Shown here piece after piece: positions 53,035 to 61,573 of a stretch of 64,000 nt of DNA. Position numbers and translations under genes: made by a program. The notes beneath the pieces were generated by a model. The model saw nothing but the letters and a program-made list of their open reading frames with translations. It made no database searches and was not told the origin of the DNA. Each line of letters begins with the position of its first letter. The stretch's first letter is position 1. The stretch is taken from positions 213 through 64,212 of the forward strand of contig WRMK01000002.1 in the NCBI GenBank assembly GCA_009777155.1. Direction: 5' to 3'. The DNA is from Oscillospiraceae bacterium. Its GTDB lineage: Bacteria > Bacillota > Clostridia > Oscillospirales > Ruminococcaceae.

Positions 53035-53081
53035 TCGCAATCTCTTAAAATATTAAAAATTAAAGGAGGATTCCTATTCGC

Positions 53082-53804
53082 ATGTATAATTTTACAATAA
53101 TCGCGGCGGCTGAAAAAGCCCCGTTCGACATGAGCCTGCCGTACATAGCAACCTCCTTTGAGCTTTTCGGCATAACCTTCAACCTCACCTCGTCCGTAGT
53201 CACACAGTGGATTGTCATGGTCTTTTTAGGCATACTGTTCTTTGTCTTAGGGCGCAATCTCAAGGTAAAACCGACCGGCAAAAGGCAGATGATTGCCGAG
53301 GCGATTGTCACCTTTTTCAGAGACATGGTAATAGACGGCATGGGCGAAAAATACGTAGCCTACACGCCCTACATTGCGACCGTTCTGATTTCGTCGCTGA
53401 GTTTCAGCTTGTCGGGGCTTTTCGGGTATCGCCCGCCGACCGCGGACATAATGGTGCTCGGCTCGTGGGGGATTATCACCTTTATTTTGACACAGCGCAA
53501 CAAGTTCAAGACCGGCGGCGTGAAAGGCTTTTTCAAAAGCTTCATCGACCCTACTCCGGTAATGCTCCCGATGAACCTTGTCGGCGAGTTGACGAATCCC
53601 TTGTCACAAGTCTTCCGTCACTTCGGGAATATCTTAGGCGGCATGCTGATTATGGGCATTGTCTACTGGGCTTTGGGAAGTTTCGCGGTAGTAGTCCCCG
53701 CAGTGCTGTCGCTCTATTTCGACCTGTTCTCCGCGACGATACAGGCGTATATCTTCGCAATGCTGACGATGGTTTATGTGTCGAGCGCGGACTGCAGTGA
53801 GTAG
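53082..53804 (+). CDS. atpB: F0F1 ATP synthase subunit a
   Basis: Conserved Arg region LSQVFRHFGNILGG. Confidence 0.9.
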   Translation: MYNFTIIAAAEKAPFDMSLPYIATSFELFGITFNLTSSVVTQWIVMVFLGILFFVLGRNLKVKPTGKRQMIAEAIVTFFRDMVIDGMGEKYVAYTPYIATVLISSLSFSLSGLFGYRPPTADIMVLGSWGIITFILTQRNKFKTGGVKGFFKSFIDPTPVMLPMNLVGELTNPLSQVFRHFGNILGGMLIMGIVYWALGSFAVVVPAVLSLYFDLFSATIQAYIFAMLTMVYVSSADCSE

Positions 53805-53826
53805 TGGGTAGTGGGTAGTGGATAGC
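53796..53826 (+). repeat. heptanucleotide array overlapping the atpB stop codon
   Basis: AGT GAG TAG TGG GTA GTG GGT AGT GGA TAG C. Confidence 0.75.
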
Positions 53827-53861
53827 TATATATCCGGACGATTGCAAAACCTACTGTTTTG

Positions 53862-53960
53862 CGGACGGGCAATGCCCGCCCCTACAATATGTAGATGAAA
53901 AATAAAGCCGAGCCTCCCCATGTAGGGGCGCAGCATTACTTCGCAAGCGATGCGCGTCCG
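53862..53960. repeat. REP-like hairpins (composite block also at 60763-60846)
   Basis: cggacgggcaatgcccgcccctacaatatgtagatg is shared by both loci. Confidence 0.85.
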
Positions 53961-54005
53961 TGAGTTTCGCAATCGGCTATACATATATCGCAAAGGAGGA
54001 GTACT

Positions 54006-54149
54006 GTGGAAACGACTTTACAGCTTGCTTCGTGGGGCGGTTCGCCCGCGATGACGATACAAGAGCGTTTTGCAAAGTACCCCGGAAACTATTTTGAAGA
54101 AAAAGAGTGCGATTGGGGAGACGATGTCGGCGAGGAAATTCTCGTGTGA
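54006..54149 (+). CDS. 47-aa ORF resembling a collapsed MazE/AbrB-type antitoxin
   Basis: AAGGAGG SD + GTG; SWGGSPAMTI (like KWGNSLAVRI) and a C-terminal DWGDDVGEEI (like DWGxPVGxEVW). Confidence 0.3.
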   Translation: METTLQLASWGGSPAMTIQERFAKYPGNYFEEKECDWGDDVGEEILV

Positions 54150-54379
54150 ACGCGAAGCCCACTCAGGGTACAGCGCACCGAGATACCCCGCAAACCTTTC
54201 AGGCGCAGGTAATCCCCGCAAACCCCAAAACAAGCAAAACACTTTCGTAAACTAACCCTTGTCGGGTAAAAATAAAACAAAAATAAAACTTGGAGGTTAA
54301 AGTTTTCAAGACCCGGTGCAAATCGGGGAAAACGAAACTTTCAAATGCACGTTTGTGCAGAAAGGACATGGTGAATTAC

Positions 54380-54658
54380 ATGGAAATGGAAATGGCTACA
54401 ATATCGGCGAAGTCGGTTGTATTGGGCTTTGAAGCCCTCGGCGCGGGGATTGCCCTGCTTGCGAATATCGGTACCGGTATCGGGCAAGGTATCTGCGGAA
54501 GCAAAGGTGTCGAAGCGGTCGGCAGACAGCCCGAAGCGGCGGGCATTATCACCCGCACAATGATAGTAGGCGACGCAATCGCGGAAACCGGCGGTATCTA
54601 CGGCTTCGTGTTCGCGCTGATGGTCATGTTCATGCGCCCGTTCTCGAGCAATCTGTAG
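54380..54658 (+). CDS. atpE: F0F1 ATP synthase subunit c
   Basis: GIGQG...RQPEA...AIAETGGIYGFV; start uncertain (ATG 54368/54380/54386/54392). Confidence 0.85.
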   Translation: MEMEMATISAKSVVLGFEALGAGIALLANIGTGIGQGICGSKGVEAVGRQPEAAGIITRTMIVGDAIAETGGIYGFVFALMVMFMRPFSSNL

Positions 54659-54699
54659 TATACAGTTTGTACAAATAACAGAAAGGGCTTAGTGAAAAC

Positions 54700-55194
54700 A
54701 TGGATAAATACTTAGATATTATCAGTATTGACCCCGGTACAATCCTGTTTACCTTGATTAACACCTTGGTAATTATGCTGATGTACAGGTTTTTCCTGCA
54801 CGCAAAAGTGGTCGTAATCCTTGACAAGCGCAAAGCCGCCGTCTCGGCAGAGCTTGACGCCGCCGAGGCCGCGAAAGTGGCCGCACTCGAGAAAGAGGCC
54901 GAGTATAAACTCTTGCTCGAGAATTCAAAAGCCGAAGCCGAGAAAATCCTCAACGCGGCTAATTCTCGCGCACTCGCAAAGGAGCGCGAAATTCTCGCCG
55001 AAGCGAACATCAACGCCCTGCACATTCGTGAAAAGGCGGAGGAAGGCATTGCGCTCGAGAAAAAGCGGGTCATGAACGAAATCAAGAACCAAATTTCCGA
55101 GCTTGTCATAATGACGGCGTCTGCCGTGGCGGAAAAAGAAATAGGCGAAAAAGACAACGAAACGCTGATTAACAGCTTTCTTGTCAATGTTTAG
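54700..55194 (+). CDS. atpF: F0F1 ATP synthase subunit b
   Basis: N-terminal TM helix plus a long Ala/Glu/Lys helix. Confidence 0.85.
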   Translation: MDKYLDIISIDPGTILFTLINTLVIMLMYRFFLHAKVVVILDKRKAAVSAELDAAEAAKVAALEKEAEYKLLLENSKAEAEKILNAANSRALAKEREILAEANINALHIREKAEEGIALEKKRVMNEIKNQISELVIMTASAVAEKEIGEKDNETLINSFLVNV

Positions 55195-55202
55195 GTGATA
55201 CT

Positions 55203-55766
55203 ATGAAATCGGTTGAGAACGTATATTCAACGGCACTGTTGGATTTGTTGTCGGACGAACACGGCGACAACCAAGCGGGCTACGCGCAGATTCTAAGCGA
55301 GCTTGCCGCTGTAAATGGTGTGTTCAATACGAACCCGGAGCTTGCGAAACTCTCGCTCATCCCCACAATTTCGCGCGGGGATAAGCTTCGTGTAATCGAA
55401 AATATTTTCGGGCGTTCGGGCATGGGTGTGTCAAGGTACACCTTGAATTTTCTGTTGGTGCTTTGCCGCGAGGGCAGACTGCCGCGGTTCGGCGCGGTCT
55501 ACCGCGAATTCATGGCGCGGTACTACGAGAAATTCGGCATCGTCCCCGTGACGGTGACTTCTGCCTTTGTGCTAAACGCAAAACAGCGCGAGAAACTTAC
55601 CGAAAAAATGCAGAGCATCACCGGTAAGAAAGTGCAATTGACCGAAAAGACCGACAAAAGCCTTATCGGCGGCGTGGTAGTCAGCTACAGCGGCGTCCGG
55701 CTCGACGGCAGTGTCAAAAACCGCCTTGAAACTATGAAGCGAGAAATCGCGGACGTTGTTTTATGA
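55203..55766 (+). CDS. atpH: F0F1 ATP synthase subunit delta
   Basis: OSCP-like; LIGGVVVSYSGVRLDGSV motif. Confidence 0.85.
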   Translation: MKSVENVYSTALLDLLSDEHGDNQAGYAQILSELAAVNGVFNTNPELAKLSLIPTISRGDKLRVIENIFGRSGMGVSRYTLNFLLVLCREGRLPRFGAVYREFMARYYEKFGIVPVTVTSAFVLNAKQREKLTEKMQSITGKKVQLTEKTDKSLIGGVVVSYSGVRLDGSVKNRLETMKREIADVVL

Positions 55767-56212
55767 GCACTGTGAGTATTATGACGCGAATCTACATTAT
55801 CAAAGCCGACTTTTCAAGTATCACCGAAAAGTCCGAGCGCAAAACCTACAAAAAACATATCAAGATTACCGAGAAATTCAACGCCCGCCTAAAGAAACAC
55901 AAGTATCGGGTACTCTATATCGGCGAGAGCGATTTCCCCGAAAGCGGCTACGCGGCTATCCGCCAAAGAATAGCCTCTTGCAAGTGCGTGTTGGCGTTCA
56001 CGGACGGTAAAACCTTTGAGACCAATCACCGTACCGAAGAATTAACCCACGCAATTATGGACGCAGGGATTCAAGTTTTCCTCTACACCGCACTCGACTC
56101 CAACTACGAGAAAAGCGCGTGGCTGGGCGGTCTAATCGACCTGCCACACGTCCATGTCCTGCCCGCCGACGTCAAAGGCGCGGTAAAACTAATAGATAAT
56201 ATTCTACAATAA
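55763..56212 (+). CDS. 149-aa hypothetical protein embedded between atpH and atpA
   Basis: ATGA start/stop overlap with atpH; no recognisable ATP synthase subunit motif. Confidence 0.65.
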   Translation: MSTVSIMTRIYIIKADFSSITEKSERKTYKKHIKITEKFNARLKKHKYRVLYIGESDFPESGYAAIRQRIASCKCVLAFTDGKTFETNHRTEELTHAIMDAGIQVFLYTALDSNYEKSAWLGGLIDLPHVHVLPADVKGAVKLIDNILQ

Positions 56213-56241
56213 AACCCCTCAACAAAAGGAGAAATTAAACT

Positions 56242-57762
56242 ATGAGTATGCAGTTACGCCCTGATGAAATTACCGCTCTTATAAAGGAGCAGATTAAGAA
56301 CTTCGGCGCGAAGGTCAGCCTTGCCGATACCGGTACGGTCGTCACCGTGGGGGACGGAATTGTCCGCTTGCATGGGCTTGAAAAGTGTATGCTCGGGGAG
56401 CTTTTGGCGTTCGATAACGGTGAGCAGTGCATGGCTCTGAACTTAGAGCAGGACTTCATCGGCGCAGTTATGCTCGGGAGTGACGCCGAAATCAGAGAGG
56501 GCGACACAGTCAAACGCACCGGAAACATCGTGTCGGTGCCGGTCGGCGACGCGCTACTGGGGCGGGTTGTCAACCCATTGGGATTACCTGTTGACGGCAA
56601 AGGCCCAATCTCGGCGGCAGAGAACCGCCCTGTTGAAAAGATTGCGCCCGGTGTAATCACGCGGCAATCGGTCAACGTGCCGCTTCAAACAGGCATAAAA
56701 GCCATTGACTCGATGATACCGATAGGCAGGGGTCAACGCGAGTTGATTATAGGCGACCGCCAAACAGGGAAGACTGCAATCGCAATTGACACCATTATCA
56801 ATCAGAAAAAAACCGATGTAATCTGCATATACGTCGCAATCGGACAAAAAAGCTCAACAGTCGCAACTGTAGTTGAGGAACTGAAAAAAGCGGGCGCAAT
56901 GGACTATACTATAGTAGTCTCTGCGGGCGCGTCCGAGCTTGCGCCTATCCAATATATCGCGCCATACGCGGGTTGCGCCATGGGTGAATACTTCATGGAG
57001 CAGGGTAAAGATGTGCTTATAGTCTACGATGATTTGTCCAAGCACGCCGTTGCATACCGCGCACTGTCGCTGTTGCTGAAACGCCCGCCGGGCCGTGAAG
57101 CGTATCCCGGGGACGTGTTTTACTTGCACTCAAGACTGCTCGAACGCGCCGCTCGCCTCAACAAAGACTACGGCGGCGGCTCAATCACCGCGCTCCCGAT
57201 TATCGAAACACAAGCGGGGGACATTTCCGCGTACATTCCAACCAACGTAATCTCAATCACAGACGGGCAAATCTTCCTTGAAACAGAACTGTTCAACGCG
57301 GGTATTCGCCCTGCGGTAAACCCGGGCGTATCGGTCTCGCGGGTTGGCGGTAACGCGCAAATTAAAGCAATGAAGCGGGTCTCGGGTACACTCAAATTGG
57401 AGTACTCGCAGTACAAAGAGTTGCAGGCGTTCTCGCAATTCGGCTCCGACTTAGACCAAGATACCAAGGATAGGCTCGCAAAAGGTGAGCGGATTGTGGA
57501 GGTTTTGAAACAGCCGAAAAACTCACCCGTGTCGGTCGAGAATCAGATTATAATTATCTATGCAGTAATCAACAATTTCCTAAAAGAGGTCGAACCCGCC
57601 AAAGTCGCCGACTACGAGGCCCAATTATCGAAATATTTCGACACACAGCACAGCGAAATCCTCGGCGACATCAAGGAGCGGCGCGAGTTGACCCCCGACA
57701 ACGAGAAGGCACTGCGGGCGGCATTGACGAAGTTTACTGAGGATTTTTTGAAGGGGAATTAA
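56242..57762 (+). CDS. atpA: F0F1 ATP synthase subunit alpha
   Basis: Walker A GDRQTGKT. Confidence 0.95.
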   Translation: MSMQLRPDEITALIKEQIKNFGAKVSLADTGTVVTVGDGIVRLHGLEKCMLGELLAFDNGEQCMALNLEQDFIGAVMLGSDAEIREGDTVKRTGNIVSVPVGDALLGRVVNPLGLPVDGKGPISAAENRPVEKIAPGVITRQSVNVPLQTGIKAIDSMIPIGRGQRELIIGDRQTGKTAIAIDTIINQKKTDVICIYVAIGQKSSTVATVVEELKKAGAMDYTIVVSAGASELAPIQYIAPYAGCAMGEYFMEQGKDVLIVYDDLSKHAVAYRALSLLLKRPPGREAYPGDVFYLHSRLLERAARLNKDYGGGSITALPIIETQAGDISAYIPTNVISITDGQIFLETELFNAGIRPAVNPGVSVSRVGGNAQIKAMKRVSGTLKLEYSQYKELQAFSQFGSDLDQDTKDRLAKGERIVEVLKQPKNSPVSVENQIIIIYAVINNFLKEVEPAKVADYEAQLSKYFDTQHSEILGDIKERRELTPDNEKALRAALTKFTEDFLKGN

Positions 57763-57873
57763 GCAGTCGGTTTTGACCTACACGGGCGAACCGAGTTCGC
57801 CCCTACAGACAGCACGCCCACAATGTTACAGGAGGGCGACAAAAACCGCCCGCAAATTAGGAGGTAACGAAAT

Positions 57874-57990
57874 ATGGCTAAAGCATCTTTGGTTTTGGGA
57901 ATAGTTTCATTGGTTTTTTCCGCCGCCGCATTGGCGTTGGTGGCGTTGTCGTTTTTTATTAAGAAGGTGTCCTATTTTGATGCGTATTAA
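57874..57990 (+). CDS. 38-aa single-TM peptide between atpA and atpG (not in the ORF track)
   Basis: AGGAGG SD 9 nt upstream; MAKASLVLGIVSLVFSAAALALVALSFFIKKVSYFDAY. Confidence 0.45.
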   Translation: MAKASLVLGIVSLVFSAAALALVALSFFIKKVSYFDAY

Positions 57991-58061
57991 ACCGTTAACA
58001 ACGGACGCGCAATGCGCGCCCCTACAGACGGCACGCGATAAAACGGAAAGGTACTGAAAAC

Positions 58062-58934
58062 ATGGCAAAAGGTAATATGAAGTCTATCAAACGGCGCATT
58101 AAAGTCGTCGGTTCCACCTTGCAGATTACCAAAGCAATGGAGATGGTGGCGTCGTCGAAACTTCGCCGTGCAAAGGCGCAGACCGAGCGTATGCGGCCTT
58201 ATTTCCACGCGCTCGACAAGCTTTTGTCGGGCATTGCCACTGAAAAAAAAGACTTCGCAACCATTTTCACCACCAAACGCAAAACCGTGAAAAACCGGCT
58301 GTTTATAGTAATCGCAGGTGACAGAGGGCTTGCCGGCGGGTACAATTCCAACATTTTGAAATTAGTCGCCGCCCATAAAAACAACGCTCCTGATACCGGC
58401 ACGAAAATAATCGCGGTCGGGAAAACTACGGTCGATTATTTCAAGAAAAATAAATACGACATCTCGGCTGAATTTCCGCACTTTTGCGACGACATCAAAG
58501 CCAGCCGCTGTGCCGATATAGCCCAGATTGCAATAAATCAATTCCGCTCCGGCGAGGTTGACGAGGTCTGGATTTTTTACACCGCGTTTATTTCCGCACT
58601 GCAACAGCAAACGACAGCGGTACAGCTACTGCCGTTCGTGGTATCGGAAACTGAAAACAGTGACGAATCGGCACAAGGCTTTACAAGCTACGACCCCTCC
58701 CCCGAAGCCGTTTTCGACCGCATAATCCCGAAAATGCTCATGAGCATGATTAGCTGTGCCTGTGTCGAGGCCTACGCCTCCGAGCAGAGCGCGCGCCGAA
58801 ACGCCATGGAGAGCGCGTCCGACAACGCCGAGGAGATGATTGAGAGCTTGTCACTGCAATACAATAGGCTAAGGCAGGAGAAGATTACGAACGAGATTAA
58901 TGAGATTGTCGGCGGGGCGAATGCGATTTCGTAA
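58062..58934 (+). CDS. atpG: F0F1 ATP synthase subunit gamma
   Basis: IKRRIKVVGSTLQITKAMEMVA N-terminus; ITNEINEIVGGA C-terminus. Confidence 0.92.
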   Translation: MAKGNMKSIKRRIKVVGSTLQITKAMEMVASSKLRRAKAQTERMRPYFHALDKLLSGIATEKKDFATIFTTKRKTVKNRLFIVIAGDRGLAGGYNSNILKLVAAHKNNAPDTGTKIIAVGKTTVDYFKKNKYDISAEFPHFCDDIKASRCADIAQIAINQFRSGEVDEVWIFYTAFISALQQQTTAVQLLPFVVSETENSDESAQGFTSYDPSPEAVFDRIIPKMLMSMISCACVEAYASEQSARRNAMESASDNAEEMIESLSLQYNRLRQEKITNEINEIVGGANAIS

Positions 58935-58942
58935 GGTTAAAC

Positions 58943-59081
58943 GTAGGGACGACCGCCCCCGGTCGTCCGCAATAAACGCCTTGTTTCCGATATTTAACGG
59001 ACGACCCGAGGGTTGCCCCGGACGTCCGCAATAAACGCCTTGTTTCCGATATTTAACGGACGACCGGGGCGGTCGTCCCTA
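58943..59081. repeat. REP-like hairpins with a tandem 59-nt duplication
   Basis: GTAGGGACGACCGCCCCCGGTCGTCCGCAATAAACGCCTTGTTTCCGATATTTAACGG repeated. Confidence 0.85.
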
Positions 59082-59107
59082 CAAAAATTATCAACGAGGA
59101 CAAAATT

Positions 59108-59275
59108 ATGCAGAAAGACTTGACTACAGCCTTACAAAAACCCTCATACGACTACACCCAATGGCGGCAGGAATATTTTGAGAATAATTATAAGTCCGAA
59201 AACAAATCGCGGCTCGAATGTTTCCTTAACGCCGCCGCAAATAACGACCCTAAAGGCATTTCGTTTGGATTGTAA
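59108..59275 (+). CDS. 55-aa hypothetical ORF between atpG and atpD (not in the ORF track)
   Basis: GAGGA SD 7 nt upstream of the ATG; MQKDLTTALQKPSYDYTQWRQEYFENNYKSENKSRLECFLNAAANNDPKGISFGL. Confidence 0.4.
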   Translation: MQKDLTTALQKPSYDYTQWRQEYFENNYKSENKSRLECFLNAAANNDPKGISFGL

Positions 59276-59287
59276 AAAAACAAATAA

Positions 59288-60715
<1,428 letters not shown>

Positions 60716-60762
60716 GGGTTAATACTGTTTTATTATAGGAGATTGCGAAACTCGTCGTCTAA

Positions 60763-60846
60763 CGGACGGGCAATGCCCGCCCCTACAATATGTAGATGGA
60801 CGGCAAAACCAAATCGCCATATGTAGGGGCGCGCATTGCGCGTCCG
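60763..60846. repeat. REP-like hairpins
   Basis: cggacgggcaatgcccgcccctaca; gtaggggcgcgcattgcgcgtccg. Confidence 0.85.
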
Positions 60847-61035
60847 TGGGATTTTGACCTTGCAATAAGCCACGCTTTTGAAGACATAAAAGAGGGCAGA
60901 ACCTATCCGGCAGATGAAGCCCTTAACGAGATACGCAGAGAACTTAACCTTAAACACATTGATACAGAGCAGTTAGTTTAAGCTATTGAAAACATAATTC
61001 CGCACACCCGTGCAGAAAGGGATTGCTGAAATATT

Positions 61036-61437
61036 ATGACCACTTTCAATCTCGAAATAATAACCCCCCACGGTCTATTCTTCCAAGGCGAGACCGAGGG
61101 CGTAGTCGTCCGTACTACAGTCGGCGACAAGGGCATTTTAGCCCGCCACGAGAACTACGCCGCCGCTCTCGGTACGGGGAAAATCCGCGTAATGCAGGAC
61201 GGCGAATACCGCACTGCGGCTTTGTCGTCGGGCATCGTAAAGGTAGACCGCGAGAAGACTTTAATTTTGGCGCAAAGCTGTGAATGGGGCGACGAGATTA
61301 ACATCGAACGCGCCGAAAAAGCCCGCAAAGCCGCCGAAGACCGCCTATCGGACAGCGCGCTCGGCGCGAACGAGCACGCAATCGCGGAGTTTAAGCTTAA
61401 ACGCGCCTTGAACCGCCTTGAGACGGCGGGGAGATGA
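61036..61437 (+). CDS. atpC: F0F1 ATP synthase subunit epsilon
   Basis: 133 aa; beta-sandwich plus helical hairpin layout; last gene of the operon. Confidence 0.9.
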   Translation: MTTFNLEIITPHGLFFQGETEGVVVRTTVGDKGILARHENYAAALGTGKIRVMQDGEYRTAALSSGIVKVDREKTLILAQSCEWGDEINIERAEKARKAAEDRLSDSALGANEHAIAEFKLKRALNRLETAGR

Positions 61438-61511
61438 TAGTGGGCAGTGGATAGTGGATAGTGGATAGTTGACAATGGGCAATTGGCAGTTGATAATGGA
61501 CAGTAAATAGT
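61435..61511 (+). repeat. heptanucleotide array (11 units) starting on the atpC stop codon
   Basis: TGATAGT GGGCAGT GGATAGT GGATAGT GGATAGT TGACAAT GGGCAAT TGGCAGT TGATAAT GGACAGT AAATAGT. Confidence 0.85.
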
Positions 61512-61512
61512 T

Positions 61513-61544
61513 ACGGACGACCGGGGGCGGTCGTCCGTTTTTTG
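61513..61544 (+). terminator. REP-type hairpin acting as the atp operon terminator
   Basis: acggacgaccg gggg cggtcgtccgt followed by ttttttg. Confidence 0.75.
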
Positions 61545-61573
61545 TGTCTTTGTGACTATCAAAAGGTAGCCCC

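Noticed and set aside
60796-60981. 61-aa ORF between atpD and atpC as an intact gene
   Set aside because: Its ATG and first about 20 codons are REP sequence (GARIARPW), and there is no SD. Only the C-terminal 35 residues look antitoxin-like, so it is treated as a fragment.
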